DNA from: Mobula birostris
Lineage: Eukaryota
Direction of reading: 5' to 3'
Assembly (NCBI RefSeq): GCF_030028105.1
Contig: NC_092384.1
Span: 17,491,629-17,555,628 of the forward strand
DNA: 64,000 nucleotides
Below the pieces are notes generated by a model, which was given only the letters and a program-made list of their open reading frames with translations, was not told where the DNA came from and did no database searches. The translations under genes and the position numbers were made by a program. Of the stretch, positions 37,899 through 50,050 are shown in pieces (the first letter of the stretch is position 1; every line of letters begins with the position of its first letter).

Positions 37899-38680
37899 TG
37901 TCATAAGGTGGTGGCTGGGACGGGCCCAAGTGCAAGACACAGATGCTGAAGTACTAGGGACAGGACGAGGATACAGAGCGAGGGCTAGGACATGGACATG
38001 AATACCGGGAACCCGGAACAGGAGTGGACAAGAGAGCTAGAAGCCAGGGCTTGGACTCCGAGCCAGAGACTGGACAAGGACCCGGAACCTTGGTCTTGCC
38101 TCTGGCTCGGACCCGAGAACTAGGCAAGGACGTGACTTAGCTGACAGGCAGGACGAGACTGGAGTCTTCAGGCTTGAGGCGAGGCTTGGGACCAGAGACT
38201 TGGGGCGAGGCTTGGGGCGAGGCTTGGGACCAGAGACTTGGGGCTTAGGGTCTTGAAGTTAGCTCGAGGCGACGCTGGGCTAGACACTTGTGCTGAGGAT
38301 TGGCGAGAGACTTGAGGCCAGGCTTGGCTAGACATTTGAGGCTTGCGGGCTTGAAGCTCTTCCTGGGCAGGACAATGCTTCAGGCAATGCAAGGCGAGAC
38401 AAGAACTTCAAGGCGAGGTGAGAGTTACCGGCAAGACAAGGCAAGGCTTCAGGCAAGGAAACAGAAGGCAGGTGATGGGATACGAGGAGTAAGGACAAGA
38501 ACAATCCAGCACCCCGCCCTGGTCTCTGGAGGCATTTATGCAGCCAGCCCGAACGACAAACTGCTGCCTCAATTAGTACTCAAACAGGAACAGAAACAGG
38601 GTAGACAAGAAAAGCTGGAGCAAGGGTCGATGGACTGGACCGTGAACCGGAATGCGTACTTCACGGACCGGACCATGACG
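37899..38680 (-). mobile_element. Solo-LTR-like element (782 bp) with 5-bp TSD CCACC/CCTCC; same family as 39754-43265
   Basis: TGTCAT...ATGACG termini; the flanking CR1 RT rejoins when it is removed; its ends are reverse complements of the ends of 39754-43265. Confidence 0.8.
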
Positions 38681-39753
38681 CCTCCAGGTTGAATCGTTGG
38701 TGAAGAAGGCGAATACAATATTGGCATTCATTTCTAGAGGAATAGAGTATAGGAGCAGGATGTGATGTTGAGGCTCTATAAGGCGCTAGTGAGACCTCAC
38801 TTGGAGTGCTGTGGGCAGTTTTGGTCTCCTTATTTAAGAAAAGATGTGCTGACATTGAGAGGGTACAGAGAAGATTCACTAGCATGATTCTGGGAATGAG
38901 AAGTTTAACATATGAGGAACGTTTGTCCGCTCTTGGACTGTAGTCCTTGTAGTTTAGAAGGATGAGGGGAGAACTCATAGACACATTTCGAATGTTGAAA
39001 TGCATGGACAGAGTGGATGTGGCAAAGTTGTTTCCCATGATGGGGGAGTCTAGTACGAGAGAGCATGACTTAAGGATTGAACGGCGCCCATTCAGAACAG
39101 AAATGCGAAGTATTTTTTTTAGCCAGAGGGTGGTGAATCTATGGAATTTGTTGCCACAGGCCGCAGTGGAGGTCAAGTCACTGGGTGTATTTAAGGCAGA
39201 GATTGATAGGTATCTGAGTAGCCAGGACATCAAAGGTTATGGTGAGAAGGCTGGGAGTGGGACTAAATGGGAGAATGGATCAGCTCATGATAAAATGGCG
39301 GAGCAGACTTGATGGGCCGAATGACCGACTTCTGCTCCTTTTATGGTCTAAATGCAGCAGAGTACCAAATGAATCTGTAGAACTGGGTAGGATTCCAATG
39401 TGTGAAGTACATTTGGATTGGTACATGGGTAGAAAATTTTATTGTGCTGAGATCCAAACGCAGCCAAATAGGACCAGTTGGGGTTTTCAATAGTGCAATA
39501 TTTCAATAGTTCCAATTTAATATCACTGAATACAAAACAATATAAAACCTGAAATTCTTAGCCTTCGCAGACATCCATGAAATAGGAAAGTACCCCCAAA
39601 CAATCAATGACAGCAGAAACGTTAGAATTGGGGTCATAAACGTTAGAAAACGTTAGAAGGCTTTGAGGAAACTTCTCCTCCCCCTCCCACCCACAAGTAC
39701 AACTTCCTCCAATGTTACTTCTACCCCTACAAGCAAACAATAGCAAACACCCC

Positions 39754-42700
39754 TGTCATGGTCCGGTCCATGAAATCTGCATTCCGGTTCATTGTTCGGG
39801 CTGGGGACGCAGGACTCCGGGTCTTCCAGCTGTCCCTCGTTTGGTTGAGTTAATCATAGGCACCTGATTCCCATCTTTGGGCTTGGAATATAAGTAGTGT
39901 GGGCTTCTGGTTTGTCTTGTCAGTCCCCCTTGGAGCAACCTGCTGATAGATGGCTGGTGAAACTATTCGTGATCTCTAGGCCTGGTTGGAGGACCACCGC
40001 TTCAGAGAGCCTTATTGCCACTCGTTGGTGTAGTCTTGGCGGTATGGATTCGGCTGTTTCCTGGGCCAGCTGAGTGGCTGTCAACCACTCTGAGCTACGT
40101 AGGGATCCGGCTGTTTCTGTAGCCATCGGAGGTTGCTGGCTGTAACTGTGACTCGGAGAAACCCCGAAGCAGAGATGGCACTGTCTGTCGTTCTTTGGTG
40201 TTTGTCTCTTCTTGTCCTCGCCTCCGTGAACGGCATTCTGCCGTTGCCCAACAGGTGGACCTGTCCCACGTTGGTGTGGAGAAGTTGAGTCCCGGCTTGT
40301 CTTACTAGAAGCCCCGGCTCTATGTCTATGTACTCTCCTGTCTCATGTTGGTGTCGTGTTAACGATGAGTCCTGGCTTTTCGAAGGACAATTCTCGGGTC
40401 TATGTTGATGTTCAGTTTCCAGTCGGTATCTCAGCTCCAGCCTCCGAGTTATCAGCCTTCGCATTTCAAGACGAAGATACTGCAGCCAAGCTCCGAGAAC
40501 CCAAACCTCCCAGATCCCGTCGCCAAGCTCCGAGAACCCAAGCCTCCAAGATCCCGTCGCCAAGCTCCGAGAACCCAAGCCTCCAAGATCCCGTCGCCAA
40601 GGTCCGAGAACCCAAGCCTCCAAGATCCCGTCGCCAAGCTCCGAGAACCCAAGCCTCCAAGATCCCGTCGCCAAGCTCCGAGAACCCAAGCCTCCAAGAT
40701 CCCGTCGCCAAGGTCCGAGAACCCAAGCCTCCAAGATCCCGTCGCCAAGGTCCGAGAACCCAAGCCTCCAAGATCCCGTCGCCAAGGTCCGAGAACCCAA
40801 GCCTCCAAGATCCCGTCGCCAAGGTCCGAGAACCCAAGCCACCAAGATCCCGTCGCCAAGCTCCGAGAACCCAAGCCTCCAAGATCCCGTCGCCAGGCTC
40901 CGAGAACCCAAGCCTCCAAGATCCCGTCGCCAAGCTCCGAGAACCCAAGCCTCCAAGATCCCGTCGCCAAGCTCCGAGAACCCAAGCCTCCAAGATCCCG
41001 TCGCCAAGCTCCGAGAACCCAAGCCTCCAAGATCCCGTCGCCAAGCTCCGAGAACCCAAGCCTCCAAGATCCCGTCGCCAAGCTCCGAGAACCCAAGCCT
41101 CCAAGATCCCGTCGCCAAGCTCCGAGAACCCAAGCCTCCAAGATCCCGTCGCCAAGCTCCGAGAACCCAAGCCTCCAAGATCCCGCCGCCAAGCTCCGAG
41201 AACCCAAGCCTCCAAGATCCCGCCGCCAAGCTCCGAGAACCCAAGCCTCCAAGATCCCGCCGCCAAGCTCCGAGAACCCAAGCCTCCAAGATCCCGCCGC
41301 CAAGCTCCGAGAACCCAAGCCTCCAAGATCCCGCCGCCAAGCTCCGAGAACCCAAGCCTCCAAGATCCCGCCGCCAAGCTCCGAGAACCCAAGCCTCCAA
41401 GATCCCGCCGCCAAGCTCCGAGAACCCAAGCCTCCAAGATCCCGCCGCCAAGCTCCGAGAACCCAAGCCTCCAAGATCCCGCCGCCAAGCTCCGAGAACC
41501 CAAGCCTCCAAGATCCCGCCGCCAAGCTCCGAGAACCCAAGCCTCCAAGATCCCGCCGCCAAGCTCCGAGAACCCAAGCCTCCAAGATCCCGCCGCCAAG
41601 CTCCGAGAACCCAAGCCTCCAAGATCCCGCCGCCAAGCTCCGAGAACCCAAGCCTCCAAGATCCCGCCGCCAAGCTCCGAGAACCCAAGCCTCCAAGATC
41701 CCGCCGCCAAGCTCCGAGAACCCAAGCCTCCAAGATCCCGCCGCCAAGCTCCGAGAACCCAAGCCTCCAAGATCCCGCCGCCAAGCTCCGAGAACCCAAG
41801 CCTCCAAGATCCCGCCGCCAAGCTCCGAGAACCCAAGCCTCCAAGATCCCGCCGCCAAGCTCCGAGAACCCAAGCCTCCAAGATCCCGCCGCCAAGCTCC
41901 GAGAACCCAAGCCTCCAAGATCCCGCCGCCAAGCTCCGAGAACCCAAGCCTCCAAGATCCCGCCGCCAAGCTCCGAGAACCCAAGCCTCCAAGATCCCGC
42001 CGCCAAGCTCCGAGAACCCAAGCCTCCAAGATCCCGCCGCCAAGCTCCGAGAACCCAAGCCTCCAAGATCCCGCCGCCAAGCTCCGAGAACCCAAGCCTC
42101 GAAGATCCCGCCGCCAAGCTCCGAGAACCCAAGCCTCGAAGATCCCGCCGCCAAGCTGCGAGAACCCAAGCCTCGAAGATCCCGCCGCCAAGCTGCGAGA
42201 ACCCAAGCCTCGAAGATCCCGCCGCCAAGCTGCGAGAACCCAAGCCTCGAAGATCCCGCCGCCAAGCTGCGAGAACCCAAGCCTCGAAGATCCCGCCGCC
42301 AAGCTGCGAGAACCCAAGCCTCGAAGATCCCGCCGCCAAGCTGCGAGAACCCAAGCCTCGAAGATCCCGCCGCCAAGCTGCGAGAACCCAAGCCTCGAAG
42401 ATCCCGCCGCCAAGCTGCGAGAACCCAAGCCTCGAAGATCCCGCCGCCAAGCTGCGAGAACCCAAGCCTCGAAGATCCCGCCGCCAAGCTGCGAGAACCC
42501 AAGCCTCGAAGATCCCGCCGCCAAGCTGCGAGAACCCAAGCCTCGAAGATCCCGCCGCCAAGCTGCGAGAACCCAAGCCTCGAAGATCCCGCCGCCAAGC
42601 TGCGAGAACCCAAGCCTCGAAGATCCCGCCGCCAAGCTGCGAGAACCCAAGCCTCGAAGATCCCGCCGCCAAGCTGCGAGAACCCAAGCCTCGAAGATCC

Positions 42701-43265
42701 CGCCGCCAAGCTGCGAGAACCCAAGCCTCGAAGATCCCGCCGCCAAGCTGCGAGAACCCAAGCCTCGAAGATCCCGCCGCCAAGCTGCGAGAACCCAAGC
42801 CTCGAAGATCCCGCCGCCAAGCTGCGAGAACCCAAGCCTCGAAGATCCCGCCGCCAAGCTGCGAGAACCCAAGCCTCGAAGATCCCGCCGCCAAGCTGCG
42901 AGAACCCAAGCCCCCAGCCTGCAGCCTCAAGAGTAAAGATCCCAGCCTGTCTCCAAGCTCAGGCCTCTAGACCCCAGACACGTCCTGTCCTGAAGCTATG
43001 TTATGTCTTTGCCTGGTTCTGGGGTCGGAGCCCGCGGCAAGACCCAGGTTCTGGGTCCTTGTCCAATCTTGGGCTCGGAGTCGAAGCCTTTTCTCCTAAT
43101 CCCTGGTTTCTCGTCCTGGTCCCGCTTTCACGAGCCCAAGTCTGCATTCTTGTCCCTGCTCCCTGCCTGTATCCTGTCACGTCCCTTGTCTAGTCAAGTC
43201 CTGTTCCTTGTACTTCATTGTCTATGTCTCGTATTTAGGATCGTTCACAGCACCCTAGTGTGACA
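39754..43265 (+). mobile_element. LTR-like element inflated to 3.5 kb by an internal minisatellite
   Basis: Begins TGTCATGGTCCGGTCC and ends GTGTGACA; TSD only partial (ACCCC/ACCGA). Confidence 0.7.
40486..42912. repeat. 37-bp minisatellite, about 65-66 tandem copies (CCAAGCTCCGAGAACCCAAGCCTCCAAGATCCCGYCG)
   Basis: Unit read directly; the 37-aa periodicity of the translated ORFs equals 3 x 37 nt. Confidence 0.97.
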
Positions 43266-43532
43266 ACCGAATAAAGACCATGACTTGCAGTACAGAAAAA
43301 CTAATCGCCCTGCCAACGAATTCAACGTGCCCCATCTCCCTCTGTCCCTAATAAAGGGACAGAGATTTGTCACACATCGACAGAGGGGAACAATAAAGCA
43401 AACAATTCGAAGAGTTACGGTGTTAAAGTCTGCTCTACTGCTCTTATTCGAGAGAAAGAGAGAGGGAGTCCAGTGAATAAGTAAAAAGTGGACCCCCACC
43501 TATGAAATCAATTTGAGTGCAAAACTACCTAC

Positions 43533-43565
43533 CTGGAGTTCAGAACTGCAAGGTATGTTCTTAGA
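43533..43565 (-). other. Candidate 33-nt micro-exon (SKNIPCSSELQ in phase 0)
   Basis: CATTTCCTTCCAG acceptor and CAG|GTAGGT donor in non-repeat sequence. Confidence 0.35.
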
Positions 43566-44091
43566 CTGGAAGGAAATGATGAGAATCACATTCAAGGGGA
43601 AAATAGAGTACAGATTCCTTACCAGTTTCAAATACACTGTACAAATATTGACCAGATTTTTTTAATTCAACAGATGCTTGTTAATTGAAACTGGTACTGG
43701 AAAAAATGTATTTTGGTCTTTGAAAGTAGGGATAACAAAAAAAAATCTATTTGCCTGTTGGGATGAAAAATTTTGGAAGCTTTTAATTTAGCCCCCCCCC
43801 CCCAAAAAAAAAGAATCACCCGTTTAAATCGATTTCGATTTGACAGCCCGAGTTAACACTGGAGATAACTGAACTAATCTTAAGATTCGTATCGGACTAT
43901 TGATGTAAGCCCATGAATTATGCAATATTATTCATGTGCATGGTTTTATCACATAAAATCTTTCCCTGGCTATCGGGATCGATGACATAGTTGAAGCCTT
44001 TTTTTTTTACAAACCTCTTGCAATTACTGCAAATTCTACGGTACTTTTGGTTATAACTTAAAAGCTTCTAGGGAGAAACAAGGTCAAAACA

Positions 44092-47000
44092 AAGGTTTAA
44101 AAAGAGAAATTTTCAATGGTTCTTGTTTCAGTCGAAGCAAGCAGCAGAGAAGGGAGTAAATGAATCGGGTACACAAAGTATATTTTAAACACTGTTCGTG
44201 GAGAAGGGTCTGCACTGCGCAGGCGCGTGACGTAGGGCGCCAAGGTTTAAAAAGAGAAATTTTCAACGGTTCTTGTTTCAGTCGAAGCAAGCAGCTGTGA
44301 AAAAAGGAGTGAAGAAATCGGGTACAAAAAGAGTTTTTTTAAACAGAAGGACGGGTTATACTTGAACTACAAGGGGACCAATATCCTTTCAGGGAGGTTT
44401 TTTACTGCTGTTGGGGAGGCTTTAAACTAGATTTGCAGGAGGATGAGAACCAGAGTGCCAGAGCTGACAATGGGGCTGGGGTGAAAATAAATGATGTTAA
44501 AAGTTCAAGCAAAGCCGCAAATAGAAAGGTTGAGTGGTGGTAAAAATCTTTTGAGGTGTATATATTTCAATGCTCGGAGTATTGCGGGGAAGGCAAACGA
44601 GTTGAGGGTGTGGATTGACACGTGGAATAATGACGTTATAGCAATTAGTGAAACTTGACTACAGGAGGGGCAGGACTGGCAGCTTAATATTCCAGAGTTC
44701 CAATGTTTCATATGTGATAGAGGCAGAGGAATGAAAAGTGTGGGCGGGAGGGGTAGCATTGCTTATCAGCGAAAATGTTACAGCAGTGCTCAGACAGGAC
44801 AGATTAGAGGGCTTGTCTATTGAGTCCTTATGGGTGGAGCTGACAAACAGGAAAGGTATGGCTACATTAGTGGGTTTGTATTATAGACCACCAAACAGTC
44901 AGCGAGAATTGGAGGAGCAAATCTGCAGAGATATAGCAGGCAACTGCAAGAAACATAAAGTGGTGGTGGAGGGGGATTTTAATTTTCTACATAATGATTG
45001 GGACTCCCATACAGTTAGGAGTCTAAATGGGTTAAAGATTGTAAAACATGTTCAGTAAAGTTTTCTAAATCTATATATAGAGGTACCAACTAGAGGGGAT
45101 GCAATATCAGATCTACAATTAGGAAACGAGTTAGGACAAGTGACGGAAGTGTGTGTAGGGGAGCACTTTGTTTCCAGTGATCAAAACACCATTAGTTTCA
45201 ACTTGATCATGGATAAAAATAGATCTGGTCCTAGGGTTGAGGTTCTAAACTGGAAGAAAGCGAAATTTGAAGAAATGAAACAGTACCTAAAAAGCATGGA
45301 TTAGGACAGGTTGTTCTCTGACAAGGATGTGATCGATAAGAGAGAAGACTTCAAAGGAGCCACTTTGAGAGTGCAGAGCTTGTATGTTCCTGTCAGGATT
45401 AAAGGCAAAGTGAATAGGAATAAGGAGCCTTGGTTCTCAAGGGATATTGCAACTCTGATAAAGAATAAGAGAGAGTTGTATGACATGTATAGAAAACAGG
45501 GAGTAAATAAGGTGCTTGAGGAGGATAAAAAGTGCAAGAAGATACTTAAGGAGGAAAACAGCAGACATGAGGTTGAATTGGCAGTCAAAGTGAAGGATAA
45601 TCTAAAGAGCTTTTACAGGTATATTAAGAGTAAAAGGATTGTAAGGGATAAAATTGGTCCTCTTGAAGGTCAGAGTGGTCAGCTATGTGCGGAACCAAAG
45701 GAAATGGGGGAGATCTTAAATAGGTTTTTTTGCGTCTGTATTTACTAAAGAAACTGGCATGAAGTCTATGGAATTAACGGGAACAAGTACTGAGATCATG
45801 GAAACTGTACAGATTGAAAAGGATAAGGAGCTTGCTATCTTGAGGCAAAGTTAAGTGGATAAATCCCCAACACCTGACAGGGTATTCCCTCGGACCTTGA
45901 AGGAGACTGGTGAAATTGCAGGGGCTCTAGCAGATATATTTAAAATGTCAGTGTCTACGTGTGAGGTGCCGGAGAACTGGAGAATGTCTCATGTTGTTCC
46001 GTTGTTTAAAAAAGGATCGAAAAGTAATCCGGGAATTTATAGGCCGGGTAAATTTGAAGTCAGTAGTGGGTAAGTTATTGGAGGGAGTACAAAGAGACAG
46101 AATCTACAAGCATTTGGATAGACAGGGACTTATCAGGGAGAGGCAACATGGCTTTGTTCGTGGTAGGTCATGTTTGACCAATCTGTTGGAGTTTTTCGAG
46201 GATGTTACCGGGACAGTGGATGCTGTCTACATATACTTCAGTAAGGCCTTTTGACAAGGTCCCGCATGGGAGGTTAGTTAAGAAAATTCAGTCTCTAGGT
46301 ATACATGGAGAAGTGGCAAATTGGATTAGACATTGGCTCAATGGAAGGAGCCAAAGAGTGGCAGTGGAGGATTGCTTCTCAGAGTGACGACCTGTGATTA
46401 GTGGTCTGCCACAGGGATCAGTGCTGGGTCCATTTTATTTGTCATCTATTTCAATGATCTGTATGATAACGTGGTAAATTGGATCAGCAAATTTGCTGAT
46501 GATACACAGATTGGAGGTGTAATGAACAGTGAGGAAGGTTTTTAAAGCTTGCACAGGGGTTTGGACCAGCTGGAAAAATGGGCTGAAAAATGGCAGATGG
46601 AGTTCAATACAGGCAGGTGTAAGGTATTGCACTTTAGAAGGGCAAACCAAGGTAGAACATACAGGGTAAATTGTAAGGCACTGAGGAGTGCAGTAGAACA
46701 GAGGGATCTGGGAATGCAGATACAAAATTCCCTGAATGTGGCGTCACAGGTAGATAGGGTCGTAAAGAGAGCTTTTGGTACATTGGCCTTTATTAGTCAA
46801 AGAACTGGAATGTTATGATGAGGTTGTATAAGGCATTGGTGAGGCCGAATCTGGAGTATTGTGTTCAGTTTTGGTCACCAAATAACAGGAAGGATATTAA
46901 TAAGGGTGAAAGAGTGCAGAGAAGGTTTACAAGGATGTTGCCGGGACTTGAGAAACTCAGTTACAGAGAATGGTTGAATAGGTTAGGACTTTATTCCCTG

Positions 47001-47396
47001 GAGTGTAGAAGAATGAGGGAGATTTAATAGAGGTATATAAAATTATGATGGGTATAGATAGTGAATGCAAGCAGGCTTTTTCCACTGAGGCAAGGGGAGA
47101 AAAAAAAACAGAGGACATGGGTTAAGGGTGAAGGGGGAAAGATTTAAAGGGAAAATTGGAGGGGGGGGTTCTTCACACAGAGGTGGGAGTGTGGAATGAG
47201 CTGCCAGACGAGGTGGTAAATGCTGGTTCTTTTTTCACACTTAAGAACAAATTGGACAGATACATGGATGGGAGGAATATGGAGGGATATGGTCCGTGTG
47301 CATGTCAGTGGGACTAGGCAGAATATGGTTTGGCACAGCCAAGAAGGGCCAAAAGGCCTGTTTCTGTGCTGTAATTTTTCTATGGTTTTCTATGGT
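44092..47396 (+). mobile_element. CR1 LINE with tandem 5'UTR units, most of ORF1 deleted and a frameshifted ORF2
   Basis: Endonuclease 44505-45058, RT 45855-47027, tail 'tttctatggttttctatggt' at ~47378-47396. Confidence 0.9.
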
Positions 47397-49916
47397 TTTA
47401 TCTAAAACCTTAGATTTATCATCTTTACTGTGTTACTAATCATAAATCTGTTATCTTTCCTGCTCCATCAAAATTCAGACAGAGAAGTGTTGTCACGAGA
47501 ACGCGTTGCGAATATTCGAATATCGTCCAATCTATATTTCCCTGGGTTGAACGCTGACATTAGTGTGCAAGAATTTTTTTTAATTGGCGGGTTTTCCCTG
47601 TCAAAAACTTTTTTTTTTTTTTTATTCTCGCCGGTGGTGGCGAATCTCTGGATTTATTTTTTTCATTCTGTGGGGGCAAAACTATTGGGACATTCGAGGG
47701 GAAGTAAGTTTTTTTTTTCTTTGAATGATCGGGTCTGTGGGGAGGACTTCAGGGTCACCAAGAGAATAGTAGCGTAGGGAAAATCTCTCGACAAAAAAGA
47801 ACGTGAACTGCTCCAAAGTGGAAATTAGACAAATATTTAGCATTGTATAACTATATCAATCAAAGGGGCATGGATGGAGTCTAAGTACTAGAATAAAAAG
47901 TCCGCTCAGTAGGCTAATAATATATTGTAAACAGACGCAGCAAGACGAGGGGCCTACGTCCCCTCAAGGCTAGCCAGGACGGAGATAATGTGAAAGAATC
48001 GGTGAATCTGACTTTGATTCTCAGAGATTCGTGATTTCCGACAAGATATCAGCAAACAGCTGGAAGATATTAAAGGATAAATAGGGAAAACCAATCTGAG
48101 TTTAGATGAATCTGAAGCGAGGGTTGTAGGGACTGTGGAGAGGCTACAAAACGCAGAGGAGGTGATAGGAGAAATGCTGAAGCTACAAGAGCAGCTCCAG
48201 TGGAAGCTAATTGACCAAGGGAGCCACCCGAGAAGGGAAAATGTGAGGATCTAAGGAGTTCCCGAAGGAGTTGAAGGTAAACCCGGATTGGTGATTCCAT
48301 TCGTGGAGAAGCTGCTTCGAGAGAACCTTGAAATACCAGACGCAAAAGACCTACAGGGACAAAGGGCCCACCGCGCCTTGGCACCAGAACCCCCGGCTGA
48401 TGCCCAGCCCAGATCGATTTTAGTCAGATTTCTCAGTTACAGAACGACGGAAGAAGTGCTTAAACTGCATGACAAAAGAAAGGCTTTATGTGGAACATCT
48501 GTAAAATCAGTTTAGAGCACGTTTACACATCGGGCATCCTTGCCAGACGGAAGGGATACCCGGAAACACGGAGGATCCTGAAGGAAAACAACATCAGATA
48601 TCAGGCCCTATATCCAGCTCGGCTAAGAGTCTTTAACGACGAAGGGACAAAAAGCTACGCTGCAGTGGAGGAGGCAACGATGGATTTGGCGGTTCGGGAC
48701 TACCCATAGAATTTATCACCCAAGCGGAGTCGTTACTGGAGTAGATTCCGCGGTGGACATGGCAGCCAGTGCGGCGAGGACGGTCCATTCGAACCACAGT
48801 GCCAAGCTATAAGGAAAAGCTGCAAGTATTCAGACGCGAACCTACAGAGTGCAGAATATTTCAGAAAAGTCTGAAAAGAGTAAATCGCCCTTAAAGGTAA
48901 AATGAAAGCTGATAGTTGAAAATAATCTAGACTGAATAAATTGAATGATAGCAATATGGCCGAGACATGAAAAGGAGAGAGTTCTCTGACTGTTCACACT
49001 GCGGAGGGCCCTCTCACACAGATTGGAGATAGGGGTTATCCCTCTGAACTGAGGCGAGTCGGTGCTCAGGCCTCAACGTTGGAAGTCGGGAGAAATGTTC
49101 AAATGTTCTATGTTCAAAAATGCCTCGGGTTTGGTTTTCTTTTCTGGTTTACTGTTGAGAATGGTCTGCTTACTGTGGGTTTAGAAAAGGTGCGTGTTTT
49201 TTTTCTATTGGAGAAAAATACAAATTGAACTGGTAAAAATAATTTCCTCTAATGTAAATGGTATTTTGAAAAAAGGGATGACACAAATAACTTTCCTTAG
49301 GGAAACGCACATGAGCCAATCTGAACTTGCAAATTTTTAAAAAATGGTATTTAAGCATGTATTTTACTCATCATATAAATTGTGCCACAAAGGAGGAGTA
49401 GCTACTTTAATATCAAGTGCTCTTAATTGTGAACATATTTCAGAGACTAAAGACAAAGATGGATGATTTGTAAAAAATTACAAGAAGAATAAAACGTACC
49501 GAAATAACCCTGTTGAATGTTTATGCTCCACCAGGTTGTGAATGATCAGTCTTTTGACACATTTTTATCCTAATGGTCAGCACTCAAGGGGTAGTAATCT
49601 GCGGAGGGGATTTTAATATTAGGTTAAACCCTGTACTAGATTCTTCAAGAACAGCTATTCAGAATAAACTTGACTAGGAAAGTGAATCCATTGATGGAGG
49701 AGCTGTGTGGAATTATAGATATGTGGAGGGAATTACAGCCCACTAGTAAAGACTATACGCATTATTCTTTCCCTCATTCAGCTTATTCAAGGATAGACTC
49801 CTTTTATATTTAACAAGGATAGATTAAGGAGGAAACAGTATAATATTGCAACAATTTACCTGTCGGACCATAGTCCAGTCTCTATGACTCTAATTCTGGA
49901 AAAGAAAATAAGAAAC

Positions 49917-50050
49917 TCTGAAGGAAGTAGCTGTGGAGATTGCGGAGGTGTTAGCAATGTTCTTTCAAAAGTCGATAGATTCTGGCATGGTTCCAGAGGA
50001 GTGGAAGATTGCATTTATCTCTCTGCTTTTTAAGAAGGGGGCAAGGAAGC
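49917..50050 (+). mobile_element. 134-bp internal CR1 RT fragment inserted in L1 ORF2
   Basis: Aligns to 37030-37163; no CR1 3' tail. Confidence 0.8.

Larger units (their letters stand above)
30200..39345 (+). mobile_element. Near full-length CR1 LINE (ORF1 zinc finger and SGNH esterase 30550-31552; ORF2 31680-31770, 35786-37898, 38681-39240), twice interrupted
   Basis: CSRC...CARC, GDSIVRG, HAGTND, DRLHLN; the endonuclease AITET|WLK is split by an antisense CR1; RT motifs at 37070-37720. Confidence 0.88.

Noticed and set aside
40486-42912. CRISPR-like array (repeat length in the CRISPR range)
   Set aside because: Units are head-to-tail with no unique spacers, there are no cas genes, and the DNA is eukaryotic.
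40081-43193. Five ORFs of 789-949 aa on both strands
   Set aside because: They arise because the 37-bp unit has no stop codon in these frames; the 37-aa periodicity equals three repeat units, and there is no domain or unique coding context.
43245-43499. ORF with TVTLRIVCFIVPL resembling a TM with Arg
   Set aside because: The hydrophobic run is too short, no donor site was found, and it overlaps the end of the LTR-like element.
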